Shown here in pieces: positions 14,975 through 29,659 of a DNA stretch of 64,000 nucleotides (position 1 is its first letter; each line of letters begins with the position of its first letter). Made by a program: the position numbers and the translations under genes. The DNA comes from Octopus vulgaris (Eukaryota). The notes below the pieces were generated by a model. The model made no database searches and was not told where the DNA came from. It saw only the letters and a program-made list of their open reading frames with translations. The stretch spans positions 104,346,001 to 104,410,000 of the forward strand of contig OX597814.1 in assembly GCA_951406725.2 (NCBI GenBank), given 5' to 3'.

Positions 14975-16256
14975 GTGTTTTTTAAAATTTTTCCTTGAGT
15001 TTTTAAGTTCTTAAGGCAATTCAATCTGGTCGCTAACAAAACAACAAGATTTTTTGAGTTAAGAGAGTTCTCGGTGTTTGTGAATATGTGATTGAGTTGG
15101 TGTGTTGATTGAACTGTCGATGCATTCACGAAAGTGTGTGCATCTATTCACATAAGAATCTCAGATGAAGAATCTTTGGAATGCCTTACAAATCTTCACT
15201 GTGCCATTAATAGATTGGATTTGGAGAATCCATATCAGTTTCTTTTGCTTATTCTCCGTGAAACCAAGTGTTTCTAGGCTTTTGGGCAAATTTATTGGTA
15301 CAACATAACCCAATGCACCTATGACGATAGGTACAAATGAAATTTTATTTTCAGGGTACAAGAGCTGTAAGTTCCGCATTAATTCGCCATAAATGTTCTC
15401 TTTTTTTCCCTGACCTTTTGATTGTACATTCACACCTACTGGACCTTTACAACAACGCATGACTTTTGTTTTTTGTTCGATAGAACAACATCAGGTCTGT
15501 TATGTTTGCACCGAATTGATGTTTTTATTGGGATGTTCCACCAGTATTCCTTGGTTTTTAAAGGGGTGAATACCTGCTGGTTCTGACATGCCTTTGATAT
15601 ATACATCAGGGCAGTCCTTCCTACGGGTAGTCATTGCAACTATATCACGCCTCAGGGGCAAGAAATGTTTCGTAGATATTTTGGGACAGACGCTGATGAT
15701 ATGGGTGCTGTCTTCCACACTGGTATAGCAAAGCCTACATTTTTTTAATCAACGTGGAGGTTTAGTGGTATCTTTGTCCATTTTGTTTATCATGCGTTTA
15801 ATGGCTATCTTCTGTTCTTGGATAGTGAAAGCACACGTATCCTTCTTTGTTGGGATGAAATATATCTATCGCAGATCTAGAAGAGGCTACTCTTCCTGTT
15901 AGTGCTGTTGTTACCCCCTAGCTTACAGGATATGTACCCATGCATTGCTTTTTGCGGGTATGATGCCTGCTCCCCATCCAGGTTTCTGTTTTGGTAGGCC
16001 AGTCCAGCCTCCTTTGGGTCGCATGAGCATTGATATTCTCAGAGTAACGTCACAGTAGTTCTTCTCCAACTCTGAAGATGCTATTCTCACTTTTGAATAC
16101 GCATGGAATATACTCATTTCTTTCTTTTCTGTTCAGCAGGTGTTGTCTGAGCGACACAGTGCGACATTCAAACGCTGTTTGGACTGACCTTATGCATCTG
16201 TCGCCATCTTTTCCTCTCATGTAAATCCTATCGTTGTCAGTGTTAATGTGGAAGTT
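14975..16256 (-). mobile_element. 5'-truncated REL-type LINE (second R4/Dong-like lineage)
   Basis: NFHINTDNDRIYMRGKDGDR; EDSTHIISVCPKISTKHFLPLRRDIVA; RPDVVL; FVPIVIGALG; IQSINGTVKICKAF; related to 53875-54912. Confidence 0.85.
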
Positions 16257-17743
16257 GTATGTATGTACGTATGTATGTATGTATGTATGTATGTATGTAT
16301 GTATGTATGTATGTATGTATGTATGTATGTATGTATGTATGCAAGTATGTATGCATGTATACACACACACACACACACACACATAAATATGTGTGTGTGT
16401 ACAGGTTAGGTGATGCAATCAGTTCGAAACGCGGAATAGATAAAACAGGGGACAACTGACGAAGGGAATGTTCTTTACGTTGCCTGTCTCGTTTCTCTAT
16501 TTGTTTCTTTTGTTGTTCGAAAAAAAAAATTAGTTTTCTATGTTTTTGTTTTTTTATGTTCTCGTTTCTCATTTTGTTCACATTTTTTGATGTCCTGTAC
16601 CTATATAAGCATGTATATATACATATATATGTAGGTATGTACATTATATATGTATATATGTATATATTTATATATTATTTATATTATATTATATATATAT
16701 ATATATATATATATGAATTTAGCAGAAGCAACAGAGTGGCTCAGGGGCTGAGAGTTTCAATTATCAGCACTTATTAAACTATATATATGTGTATCAGACT
16801 ATATAATATTTGTGTGTAAGTCTGTATATCGAAGACGTTAATGTCCCCGAAAGCAGTAAGCGTGAAACGTCTAACAAATTGCCTTCTGTTTTTGCCTCTC
16901 TAAATTCATTAATCTGCCCTCAAATATGGACGCACAAATATTGCGAAACAATCCCGCTGAACATGAGAAAAGTTGGATTGTGAAAAGCGAAAAGTGACTA
17001 AATTCGAAAAACTAATTCGTCATCCAATGAAACTACCCACAACGTAGTTTATCATTGTTAACTCTGAAATATGAACTGTCCTCTCAGATATCTTATTAGG
17101 CTACTACTTAAGGCTGTGTGTAGACTCCTTGAAGAAACAATGTTACTTTACGTTCCGGGTGTAATTTGATTCGATGTGGTTGTTGAGAGGCTGGGATTTG
17201 CTACATTGCACATCACTGCCACACAAACTTGTAATGTCTTCTTACTCGTAAATCATTTAATACCACTTATCGGCTCTATTTATCTGTTTTCAAAATCTGA
17301 TCGTCTCCAGAGGGGGTCGAAATAGTTTACTTACATTTTCGGAGTAATACACCCACCTCACACACATTTTCAAAATACATACACAATACACGCACACACC
17401 TACACTCATCTACAGATCTTCACAAACACACACACACATGCAGGCATGTATGTAATTTAATTATACGAGTCTATTTTCAAGCTCAACATCGACCATGCTT
17501 GTTGCACCCTTGTACACCACTTGGTACCTCGTGTGAAGGCCCAGAGAGGCTGTCTGGTGGGTGGGTGGGTTTGGGAGCGACACTAACTGCCTTACTCACC
17601 GTCCAAGGCATTTTGCTCATATAGCTATAATATAATGCAATCCAAATAAGACACGTCCTGTACCCATATATGCATGTATATATACATATAGATGTAGGTA
17701 TGTACATATATGTATGTATATATGCATATATTTATATATTATT

Positions 17744-17780
<37 letters not shown>

Positions 17781-17954
17781 ATAATAATAATAATAATAAA
17801 TGGTAAAATTAATTAATTAAGAAGTAATCAGTAATTTCACCAAGTGGAATTCGGCATGAAAAAGACCATTTCATGGTAAGCTTAAGTAATACTATATAAT
17901 TAGGGTTCAGCAAAGATTTGCTGAACCCTAATTATAAAGTATATATATATATAT

Positions 17955-18110
17955 GACCGTAAGGCAGGTGGAGTACAAACAAACAATTGTATTAGTATGG
18001 CGCTCAGGAATAGAAATAAAACAAGTCTTTTACGTTTCGAGCCTACGCTCTTCGACAGAAAGCTACACAGAAAAGAAACAAGGAGAGAAAAAAATGCGTG
18101 TAGGAGCTAA
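17955..18110 (-). mobile_element. Short hammerhead-bearing repeat (Penelope pLTR/retrozyme-like)
   Basis: cttt-ctgtcga-a-gagc-gtag-gctc-gaaa-cgta-aaag, followed by ttcctgagcg as in the copies at 29.7, 31.9 and 56.3 kb. Confidence 0.6.
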
Positions 18111-18114
18111 CGAG

Positions 18115-18490
18115 CTTTTAGACTGAGGCCATGCTGGAGCCACGCCCTGAAGAATTTTTTGTCGAATGAATTTCGACCCTAGTACATAATTTTATCTTAA
18201 AACCTTGTACTTATTCTATCGCTCTCTTTTGCCGAATAGCTAAGGTACGGGGATGTAAACACACAAACACCAGTTGTCAAACGGTGGTGTGGACAAACAC
18301 AGACATAAAGATACACACACACACACACACACTCGACAGGCTTCTTTCAGTTTCCGTCCACCAAATCCACTTACAAGGCTTTGGTCCGCCCGAGGCAATA
18401 TTTAGAAGACACTTGCGCAAAATGCCACGCTGTGGGACTGAACTCGGAACCATGTGGTCGGGAAGCAAACTTCTTGCCACACAGCCACGC
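18115..18490 (-). mobile_element. tRNA-derived SINE, family 3
   Basis: Head cgtggctgtgtggcaagaag...gagttcagtccc; body shared with 40781-41098, fragments at 50720-50846 and 52810-52920. Confidence 0.8.
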
Positions 18491-18734
18491 TAACCTATTT
18501 AAAATTAAAAGTGTCTTAAATGCTTGAATTATAGAAGGTTTCTATTCCCTTTCCCTTCTCTCTCTCCCTTTATTGTGGTGACAAGAAAATATCCATTTGA
18601 TTTTCCGAAATCCCTTTCCTCATATTTCCTTTTTTATTCTTATTTTTATTTCTTTCTTTTAATTTTTTTTTGTCTTATCTTCTCCACCACTCTGTACTTG
18701 TACTCTTTGTACTCCACCACCCTCTGTCAATAAC

Positions 18735-18950
18735 AAGGCGGTGAGCTGGCAAAAACGTTAGCACGCCGGGCGAAATGCGGTACTTCGTCTCTCTTTATGT
18801 TTTGAGTTCAAATTCCGCCGAGGTCGACTTTGCCTTTCATCCTTTCAGGGTCGATAAATTAAGTACCATTTGCGTATTGGGGTTGATCTAATTGACTGGC
18901 CCCCTCCCCAAACATTTCGTGCCTTGTGCCTAGAGTAGGAAAGAAAAGAA
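18735..18950 (+). mobile_element. tRNA-related SINE, family 2 (core resembling the Meta/MESC-type domain)
   Basis: ggcggtgagctggca head, B box gagttcaaattcc, core gtcgactttgcctttcatcctttc-gggtcgataaattaagtacc; about ten copies in the window. Confidence 0.85.
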
Positions 18951-19119
18951 TATCTGCACCAATAACAATTAATAAATAAATAAAAATCAAAACCAAATGC
19001 CAGTCACGTGCCTTACAATTGCAGCTGTACCAGTGATACCTTTCACCTTTGGTTTACGATTAGATTGTAGTCTTAGTCTGGTTGTTACTTCACCTGTTAT
19101 AGTTTATTTATAATCCTTG

Positions 19120-19740
19120 ATTACTAGTTGCAACTCTAGGATTGTCAAGAAGGCTGATGGGATGCTAGCATTACTCAGTGAAACCTTTGTCAGCCGCTCT
19201 CCACCTATCTATTTAAAATTGTATACGACAATGGTACACCCACACTTGGAATTTACATCACCAGTCTGGAACCCCTATCTTGCTCAGCATATAAATCTTC
19301 TGGAAACTGTTCAGAAACGTGCAACAAAATGAATACCCACCGTCAGACATCTACCATATTCTGAAAGTCTTGCTTCCCTGGGTATGGAGACATTAAAGTT
19401 CAGATGTCTAGTAACTGACTTGGTTGACACCTACAAAATTATCCATCATCTTTCTAACAACAGCCTTGGGCACCTTTTTGAATTCCATATGACAAGCACT
19501 CGCAGACATGCTTATAAAATCCCCCCACCAAAAAAATCAACACAGCACCCATGACTTTCAGAAACATTTTTTCATGCTCAGAATTGCTGAAGCATGGAAT
19601 AAACTGCCTGCATCAGTTGTCAGCTTTCGAGACACCACATCCTTCAAATCTTCCATGCTTCCTGAAATCCGCCAACAGTACACCTGATGGTCTTCTTTTG
19701 TTGTACTGAACCTGAGCGCTGTATACAACAATTTCCTTCA
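19120..19740 (+). mobile_element. CR1-like LINE ORF2 3' fragment
   Basis: LYTTMVHPHLEFTSPVWNPY...LLETVQKRATK; DLVDTYKII; FFMLRIAEAWNKLP. Confidence 0.9.
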
Positions 19741-19786
19741 TTATATATATCATACCATAACCATTACTGTTTATAGTTTATATTTA

Positions 19787-20580
19787 GGAGGGTCGGCTGA
19801 AAGGTTCATAGGCTGACCGAGATACTCTCATGGAATAAGATCAAATGAGGTTTATTTTACAACATAGACCCCTCCCTTATAGTCTATGCACTTCTTCCAT
19901 CGGTGTTGCAGTGCTTGGATCCCATTGGTGCAGAAGATTTCATCCTGTTGGTCAAAAAAGTCATCAGCAGCATATATGACTTCATCATCATCACTGCAAC
20001 ACTGCTTCCCAGCTACTGCTTCACGTTGAGGAACAGATAATAGTCAGATGGGGCCAAACCAGGAGAGTAGGGACAGTGATCAACCAGTTCTGAAACAAAA
20101 GACTTGCGTGCTAGAGCATTGTCCTGATGAAACAAGACCTCTTTCGTCAGTTTTCTTCGGCATTTAGTCTTGGTAGCCTTTTGTAACTGCCTCAGCAAGT
20201 TGGCATACTTCTCTCCAATGATGGTGTGATCCTTTTGAAGACGTTCAATAAACACGATGCCTTTTGCATCCCCCAAAACTAGGGCCATCACCTTCCCTGC
20301 TGATGAAACGACTTTGGCTGTCTTTGGAGCAGGCGAAGTAGGGTGTTTCCATGCATGGATTGTACCCTTGTCTGTGGCTCAAAGTAATGAACCCAACCCT
20401 CATCCTGGTTCAAGAAACGTTCCAGGAAAACATCTAGATATACCTCAACAGAAGACGTGGTAGCCACTGGGCAGAAACCTCCATCATAACAAATTCATTG
20501 TGTAGAATATTCTCCGCTGTCTTACGGAATATGCTAATAACATTGGCTATTTGATTTCTTGTCAATCGCCTATCATCCGT
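19787..20580 (-). mobile_element. mariner transposon relic (3' part with one TIR)
   Basis: GKVMALVLGDAKGIVFI, LFHQDNA, PYSPGLAPSDYYLF; TA + TIR-like ggagggtcggctgaaaggttc. Confidence 0.9.
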
Positions 20581-20584
20581 TTGG

Positions 20585-20953
20585 TTGGTTAAGATATGTT
20601 AGGGTTTGATTTAAAAAAAAAAATATTTTGTTTACTCTATTTTGGAGAAGATTTAAGATTTTTGTGAGTATTTTTGTATGTTTTATTAAAATTTTCGTTC
20701 CCTCAATGAATATGAAGATTTATTTTGACCTTCACTGTAATTTCTCTACTTGTTTCAAAAAACTGTTTCTATAAGTGCTAAATCTTATCTTCTTTGTAAT
20801 ATCCGTGAGATCTGATTCAAAATTTTCTAGGGTTTTAATTTGTGATGGAAAATTGCATATTCTGAAGAAAAACATTTGTCTGGATGTATCTTCTTTGCTA
20901 CCACATTCATCGGTGATGCACAACAGATTATTAAAAAGTACACCCGTTCTCAT
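20585..20953 (-). mobile_element. Penelope-like element, N-terminal fragment
   Basis: FPSQIKTLENFESDLTDITKKIRF resembles the region upstream of RT in Penelope-like ORFs. Confidence 0.55.
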
Positions 20954-21161
20954 TTAATTCTTTCGTTACCATATTTCTGTTGAAATAAATTGCCTTTGTT
21001 TTAATTAATTTTGAAAATAAAGGAAAATTTTGTAAAAAAACAGTGTTCGGAACATAACTTAAAATAGTATTGTGCGAGAAGGTTCGTATTCAGATCAGTG
21101 CAAAGATGTTTGTATTACGGAACAGAAGCAGTCTCAGGAGAATTGGTATCAAAAGTGTTAA
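20954..21161. mobile_element. Degenerate piggyBac-type MITE
   Basis: TTAA at both ends, end sequence ctttcgttacc; inverse match to 47580-47803. Confidence 0.55.
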
Positions 21162-22365
21162 GTAACCACTTAAATTACTTTGCCTGAATATCTTCTGGTT
21201 TATGACTAATAACTCTCAGAGAAATATTATGTAACCATTTCGTGAAACTCCGAATAACGTCATTACCATTCCGAGATTATACAAATCGCAGACTTCAATC
21301 GACATTCTTCTGAGTACGCTTTTCTTGTTTCGCGTAAACATGTTATTCATATTACAGTGCATACACACGCACGCACGCACGCATACACATATGAACATAC
21401 ATATAATGGAAGTGTGTGTATGTGTGTAACTGTATGTGCATGTGTTTCCATATATAAAGCATATTCACTTATATTCCCCCTTAAATCCCCCTCTCTTCCT
21501 CATATCCTCCATCTCTCCCTCCCCATTTCTTCCCTCTCTTTCCTCTTTCCCTCTCATTTTCTCTTATTCCTTTCTCCTCTCCCCCTCTCTCCTTTCTCCT
21601 CCTCCGCATCTTCCCCATCTCTCTATATACATCTTACTCATTAGTAACAGTAATTTACTGACGGTTCTGTCCGATCTTTCTCCTTTTGTCTTGGCAGCAG
21701 ACTTCTTTACCATTTTCCCTTCCTTTTGCTTTTCCATCTTTCCTCTTGGCTAACTGAAATTATCAATTGTTACAATACTTCCTCATAATTCTACATATTA
21801 ATGTTATGCTGAATATGGTGCTGTTGTACCAATACTTGGCAGGTTCTGTCATCTCCTCCACACAGAACGTTTCCTCCATATTGTCTTCTTTGCTTTAAAT
21901 GTTTAAATACTTTTGGTACTGGGACAGAATTAAGCAACTGCTTACTGATTCAGTCTCTATATTTGTTTCATTAAGCAACACTTTAACAATGAGAAAGCCG
22001 AAAATATTAAAAAACAACAGCAACAAAAAACAATAACGACAACAAAAACCCAAAGTAGTTTGTATGATGGGTCCGTGGAGTATGAGTGCTGTCGGAGTGG
22101 TGCATCGTGATGCGGTGTAATACGATGTGGTATGACGCAGTGTAGTGTGGTATAGTCTTGTCTGTTGTAGTCTGGTGTAGTCAAGAGCCGTGTGGTGCGA
22201 CGTCGAGTATTGTCGTCTGGTCTGATGGTATCACGTGTCATATGGTGTGACGTGGTTTAGTGTTGTAAAGTTCGCTGTGATACGGTTGTATGTGGCGTGT
22301 TACGATACTGCGTGGTGTGGTGCAGTGCGACTAGTTGAAAATTCCTTTGACATCTTCAGTCCGAG

Positions 22366-22435
<70 letters not shown>

Positions 22436-22652
22436 AGGAGGAGAGTTATTAGCTTTAGCGTTCGGTGGTTGTGGCTGTTATAGGTCAACTCTCGAGGGAA
22501 ATCAAATTATCGAGAAAACATATTTACAAAAATAAGGTGATAAATTGAATGTCTTTAGGTGGAAAGAGAAAAAGAAACAAAAGAAGACACAAACTGATAT
22601 AGACCGAAAGAATAAGAGTGGGAGAGAGTCGGCAGAGAAAAATGGTGCATGG

Positions 22653-22719
<67 letters not shown>

Positions 22720-22813
22720 CTTTGTCTGTTTGTCTCTGTCTCTCCCTCCATCCCTTTCTCTCTCTATCTGCATACACATATTTATACATACATATATTAT
22801 ATGCACGTGCATA

Positions 22814-22864
<51 letters not shown>

Positions 22865-23036
22865 GTATATGTCTGTATATACACACGTATATGCATATAT
22901 ACTTACATATATATACAAACACACTTACATACACCCACATATGTATATACGTGTGGTATGTGTGTGAGAAAGGAAAGAAAATGAATGGAAGAAACATATC
23001 AGCGAAAGGAGAAAATAATAAAGAAAACGATGAGAT

Positions 23037-23076
<40 letters not shown>

Positions 23077-25099
23077 AACAGTGAGTGAGAGAGAATGAGA
23101 AAGAGTTAGAGGGAGAAAAAGAGAGAAGGAAAGAGTAAGGGAGTGAGATCAGAGATCTAACGCTAACAAGTAATTTGAAGAAGATTTGGCAACTATTTCT
23201 AGCAGGCTATGGGACCACATAAAGCCGCCCACTTTCTAGCCCCGATGGTCGTCTGTGCCTGTTGATGTTGCTCCAGTTCTCCATTTGCCTCACATCACAG
23301 GGCAGATCTCTCGTCTGTTATGAAGAACTGGGAAAGTGGAGACGTCCAAATCTAAATAGCTGGCACCGAGTCATGGCTCTGTGAACGACTAACCCAATAT
23401 GAAGAGAAGCTAATCTAATAAAGCTCCTGGCAAACTACAGTTCCATGATTAAACTCTTTTAAGTTGTTATCATAATAGAAATGACGACGACTCTGCAGAG
23501 AATCTGAGAGATTCGAAGAATAGACTTCAGTCGGGAGACGGCAGTTGTGACTACAAGTTTTATGTTGATGATGATGTTTATGGTGGTGCTACGACGATGA
23601 TGATGATGACAGTGATGTTGTTTATGGTGGTGACGACGACGATGATGATGATGATGACAGTGATGTTGTTTAGAGCATTGATTAACTTTCTACGAAAAGC
23701 ACAACATTATTTTCTCCACTATCTTCATGTTCTTTGATGACACAAGCATTATCGTCGTTTGAATGGCAAAAGGAACCGGCGCTGCCGATGAGGAATATGG
23801 CCATTCAAAATGAGGTCAAGCTCGAACATTCCGATAGTATCGGTATTCTCTGCAAATAAATAAATAAATAAACAAATAGAAATATGAAAAATAAGATGAG
23901 AAAAACTTCACTTAAAACGTTCTTGGTGTCTTATCAAACTTGTGTTATAATTTAACCATCCTATTTGCAAAAGCTGGAATTCCTTGCGGTGTTCTTCTGA
24001 TATAATATTTCGTTTGGCGTATATAAAACTCTTTACTGATTTTAAGTAGCAAGCTGTAACTGTTTCTTGGAATGAATACGAAACTATGCCTCCGGAAAAT
24101 GTCACAGGTTAAACAGTTCCACGTATCATGGCGAAACAATGCCAGCGTTCAACATAAGATGAAATACAGTTTTTGCCTGATTTACTGAGAAGCGCACTTT
24201 CCTCCTTCCTCTTCTCCCTCATCTCTGTCGTTTCCTTTCTTTCTTTCCTTCCTCCTCCCTTCTTTCTTAGAGAATTACATGTTGCTGTCGACACAAGAAA
24301 TTATTATTCAGAGTTTTCTTTTCTTACTTTGTTCTTACGGGATTCCTGGCGTTGCTGGAGTGAATATTTTAGCAATATCAAAGAAAAGTAGAAGAGCGAA
24401 AAGTAAAGATGAATTTATCGCACGTTTAACAGAAAACAACAACAAAAAAAGAAATCGAATAAAACAAAACCAAAATATTGTGAAATAAGAAGAAGAGTCG
24501 ATGTGATAAAACATTCTTAATATAAATATCTTTGAAAATGCTTCGCCTCTATGGATACGCAATGGAGACGTGAGGTAAACACTTATGCAAGCATAGGGAA
24601 GCGAAACATTAGTTTCTTCTTGGGAAATCTTGCGAGGGTTCTTTCAGATTAATTTTGTACATCATAACCTCTTTGACTCTTTGTCAACAGCATTAAAACT
24701 GCCAATAGAGACAAGAAATTGAAAAGTTTTAAACGAAAATAACCAAACTGTAAAATGAGATGAAGATTCACATTCGCTTTATACACATGTATACATACAT
24801 ACATACATACATACATACATACATACATACATACATACATTCATACATACATACATACTCATACATGTGTATGTAGGTTTGTATGTATGTATAAATGATA
24901 TGGCTGTATACCTGTGTATGTGGAGTTTCGGCTTTCTAATCTTTACAGAGTTACTCAGCTAAAGAAACGAGATCCGTCTTACATTTGCTATTCTTAAATG
25001 GGTTGATGTGTATTAGAACTGATGGTTCCTTTGAATTTTACGTTAGCATACCCCTTAGCACAGAAAAATATATTTATACTTACATAAACATACACACGC

Positions 25100-25650
25100 A
25101 TTCGTTTTGAGTTGAAATGTCACCGCGGTCGATTTTGCCTTTCATCCTTTCGGAGTCGATAAAATAAGTACCAGTAGTATATTGGGTTTGATGTCATCGA
25201 CTAGTACTTTCCCCCACCCCACAAAACTGTTTCAGGTATCGTGCTTGCAGGGGAAAGAATTAATATAAATAGCGGCAAACTGGCAGAACCGGTAGCATCT
25301 TCCGGTTTTTCGTTCAAAGTTCAAATGTCACCGAAGTCGCCTTTGCCTTTGATAATTTCGGGGTCGATAAAATAAAGTCCCTAGTCAAGTAATCGACTTA
25401 CCCCTCTCCCAATACTTCAGGCCTTGCGTCTATATTAAAAAGAATTATTGTTATTTTTTGAGGTGTCGTCTAGAATCATTATTAGTGCTTCGGATAAAAT
25501 TCTTCGTAGCATTTCTTCTGCCTCTCTGCGTTTTGATTTCAATTCCTGCCCGGATCAACTTTGCTTCTCATCCTTTCGGGGTCGATAAAATAAAGTACCT
25601 CTCAAGCGCTGGAATCGATGTAACTGATTAACTCCCTTTACCTAAAACTG
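25100..25650 (+). mobile_element. Three tandem degenerate family 2 SINEs
   Basis: Core variant (cctttcggrgtcgataaaataa) near 25146, 25357 and 25572. Confidence 0.8.
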
Positions 25651-25663
25651 TTGAGAAAAATTA

Positions 25664-25993
25664 TAGTAATACCTCACTTTACGAGGACCCGCTTTACGAG
25701 ACCTCGAGTTTACGAGTTTTATTTTCTAGCTCACTTTTGTATGGTGAGCTGAAAGTTTTCAAGCACAACATCCAAATTTTGAAAGAAGTGTAAACGTTTC
25801 TACTCCCATAACAAATTCTGCGTGTTACCGAGAAATTTATGGAGAGCGAAAAAAAAAAGCTTCTTCTAAGCAAACAACTCTAGACTTGTTTTTTTAAAAA
25901 AGAAATCTATAAGTCCGTCTACGAGTGCTTGTGAATCGGCGATCGCATCTACAAGTGATGGTGTGTGCGAGTGAAAGTGATTCAGAAAATGGT

Positions 25994-26081
<88 letters not shown>

Positions 26082-26338
26082 TTTCATATTACAAATGATC
26101 TTGACATCCTTTTTTGCTTTACATAAAATATTGTTTACATTCTAATGTTGTTTTATTACTATTTATTTACGAGTATTACGAGTAACCCTAACTCTAATTT
26201 TATTGGTAAGATTTTTTTCTGGGAACGAATTACAATTTATAACATTGCTACTATGGGAAATTATTGTTCCACTTTACGAATTTTCGCTTTAAGAGCAGTT
26301 CCCGGAAATAAACCAACTCGTATGTCGAAGCATTACTG
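25664..26338. mobile_element. pogo/Tigger-type MITE with internal (TAA)n
   Basis: TA-flanked ends tagtaatacctc ... gaagcattactg; internal tttacga repeats. Confidence 0.65.
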
Positions 26339-26578
26339 TATTATCAAAATGATTAAAAGTGGCGAAGTGGCAGAGTTGCTGGCAAGGTGGATGGAGGTAT
26401 ACACGATCCCTTTTGATGGTTTTTCCCCGATCCCTTTTGATCGGAATTTTACTTTTTTGTCTTATTTTCCACCTTTTCTTCATTTTCGAAAAGAAAAGCT
26501 CTACATTTGTATTTGTCTCCTCTGTGCTAAGCCCTTTGTGGCCAATAAAGTTATCCATCCATCCATCCATCCGTCTAA

Positions 26579-26685
<107 letters not shown>

Positions 26686-27252
26686 GAGAGAAACAAAAGA
26701 GATATAGTGAGGGAAAGAGGGAGGAGAAAGAATTTTGCCGGATTAAAGAGGAGGAGCGTGCGACTAAAGGAGTGGTGCTGATGCGCATGTGCAGTAAAGG
26801 AAGAGAGCTGAACCAAAGAAAGTACTGTAAAGTAATATGTTGGGAAGAACGGAGTGCTGTGAGGTTTTGGATTTCTTCAAAGAGCGATGTATGATGTGCT
26901 TCAATCATCGCCTGGTATCAAATGATAGGTTGGAGTGTCATTATTGTCATCGTTCGTGAGGGTCATGTATGATTGGAGTATATTCGGGCAGCATAGCGAA
27001 GCACTCTGCTAGTCATGCCTGGTGGTAAACCAAAGCGTCATACATCATTGCTGATGAAGCAAAAACATCCAGTGTGATGAGAATCATTGACAACTTAGAC
27101 TCGGCTATTTTTTTTCCATGAGGAGGGCAAAAAAGTGCAACACAGGAAGCAAAGCAAATTTAGGACCCAGATTGCTTTTGACTGAAAGCAGAAGGTAGAT
27201 TTTAGAGGAATTGCATCTCAGACATATTGCAATAATGGAACAAAACCTTGAT

Positions 27253-27486
27253 TTTATTTCTTTATTGCCCACAAGGGGCTAAACATAGAGGGGACAAACA
27301 AAGACAGACAAAGGGATTAAGTCGAATACATCGACCCCAGTGCGTAACTGGTACTTAATTTATCGACCCCGAAAGGATGTAAGGCAAAGTCGACCTTGGC
27401 GGTATTTGAACTCAGAACGTAAAGACAGACGAAAAACCGCTAAGCAATTCGCCCGGCGTGCTAACGTTTCTGCCAGTTCGCCTCCT
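27253..27486 (-). mobile_element. SINE family 2, well preserved (degenerate neighbour at 27530-27722)
   Basis: Reverse complement of 40034-40270; possible ccttgat TSD. Confidence 0.9.
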
Positions 27487-28785
27487 TGATCTTGTGGTAG
27501 TGGATTTCTAACAAGAAGACAAATGTGATAAATTTTAGGGGAGGTTACAATCGGTTCAATTCAAATTACTTTATTGATACTTCATTCATCGATCCTGTCC
27601 AGAAAAATAAAAAAGCAATGATGCCTTCGGTAGCATTTAAACTCAGAATGTAAGGAATCGTAACTAGATAGTGGAATGCATTTTGTTCGACACTCTACTG
27701 AATATTCGCAAATCCACCATCTTGAAACAGAACTAGTACAAAACAACAGAACACGTGTTTACAATTAAAAAAAGATTTGGTACAGACAGAAGAGAAACAA
27801 AAAAACGGAACCCCACCCCAATAAATAAATAAATATATAAAAACGTAAATTCAGAACGGGACACGAACTCACGTTCGTTTTGTTAAATGTTTATTGTAGC
27901 TACTACTATAACACAGATCGTAAGGGCTGATTCCAGTTCCCGCTAGGTTTTATTTCAATTATGCTTTTAGCAAAAGCATTACTTGCGAATTGTTTCATTT
28001 TGTTTTTGATTGTATGTGTATTTCATGGATATCATAGTTTTCTATTTCTCTCTCCACCAACAACATTCTTAGATTTTTGTTACTATTTAAGAACTAGAAG
28101 CCTGAACGGACAGAAAATAGTCAAGGATGCGTGTAATCAAAGTGGATTTGTTAGTCACAATGGATGATTTGGTTCTGTTTAACAAGGAAGTGAGAACATA
28201 CTGTCAAATGTTAAAGAATTTCCCTGGCCGATATTCTGTAAAGCAATGCAATCATCGTGACGGAATTTAAAGAAAGATCTCCATAAATAATGTCCCTGAG
28301 ATGAATAGAAGGAATACAACTCCCTCCCCACCACATGAGTTCATGTAGCAGAAATCAAAAAAGAAAAAAAAAAACATGTCGAGGAAGTTCATTTAAGAGT
28401 TTATCAGTGGAAATGATCTGCCGTTGCTGCTGCGAGGTTTAGAGATCTAAATGGTAATAAAACTGACTTGTACAGCCAGAAGTGCAAAGAAGAGTAAAAG
28501 ACATTCACACACACACAGGTGAATGTGTGCATATGTATGTATGTATGTATGTATGTGTGTGTATATATATGTGTATATATACATATATCTATACAAATAT
28601 ATTTATATACGTATATACATACATACATGTATACACACACACATATATATACATACACACACATGCATATACACACATACATACACAAACACACACACAT
28701 ACACATACACACATACAAGGCATTTAGTGATTGGATTTGTAAGGTGATATCGATAGAAAAGTAACAAGAACATGAAATACTTTTA

Positions 28786-28826
<41 letters not shown>

Positions 28827-28829
28827 TAG

Positions 28830-28904
<75 letters not shown>

Positions 28905-29659
28905 GAGATAGATAGATAGAGAGAGAGAGATAATGAGGAGAGAAAGGCTGGGTGAGAGAGTAATATGCAGAATGTGGATGATTTTATTAATGAAGAATTT
29001 TCACTTGAGGAATGTCAAATAACATGAAATACTGAAGAACCTGAAGCAGGAATCAAAGAAATTAACAATGGTTGCTTCCATTTATATACAATTCTTTAAA
29101 TCGAAAAGTTGAGGATGCAATGGAAATGAGGCGGCGAGGCGGATGGAATGGCTAGAGATAATTAGATCGAACCCACTACTTATTTCTTCCATTGATCCGA
29201 GTATGCTGAATTGCAAAAATGGTCCGAACTTTGAAGAATACAGTTTAGTAAAGAAACCTTTTATACAATTTCTTTAAAAGACAATGGTATGTCATTATAT
29301 ATTCGTATCTTACTCTATTCTAATTCAGAATATATCTATAGATTTGAGCTAGCACAGTAGGTATAATCTTTATCTATACAATATTTTCATGGATAAAAAG
29401 GACGGCATACGCCGGATTGTTTTCATTGCAGCGTTGGTCTTTCATTGGCAAGTGAGTACCCTCTTTAACTATCCCTAGAGTGCTAGATATAACCCCACAA
29501 TTGCTAAGCGCTGAAGTATTTCGGTTATATAGATTTGCATGTCATACATAATGTGATCTTGGACGTTATTTCGATTAATAAACTGCCGTTGTGTTGTTTC
29601 GTTTCAATGCTACAATGTACTACGATATATATTTATACATTTTAGTCAACCCTTGTAAC

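Noticed and set aside
16420-16470. ctgacga/ctgatga in the unclassified repeat (also near 8170 and 58028)
   Set aside because: No stem II followed by GAAA in the required order
22070-22335. GT-rich low-complexity stretch with ORFs (similar at 1180-1310)
   Set aside because: Decayed pentanucleotide repeat (tgtgg/tgtag), not coding
26690-27100. Possible minus-strand LINE C-terminal remnant
   Set aside because: Similarity too faint to support by eye
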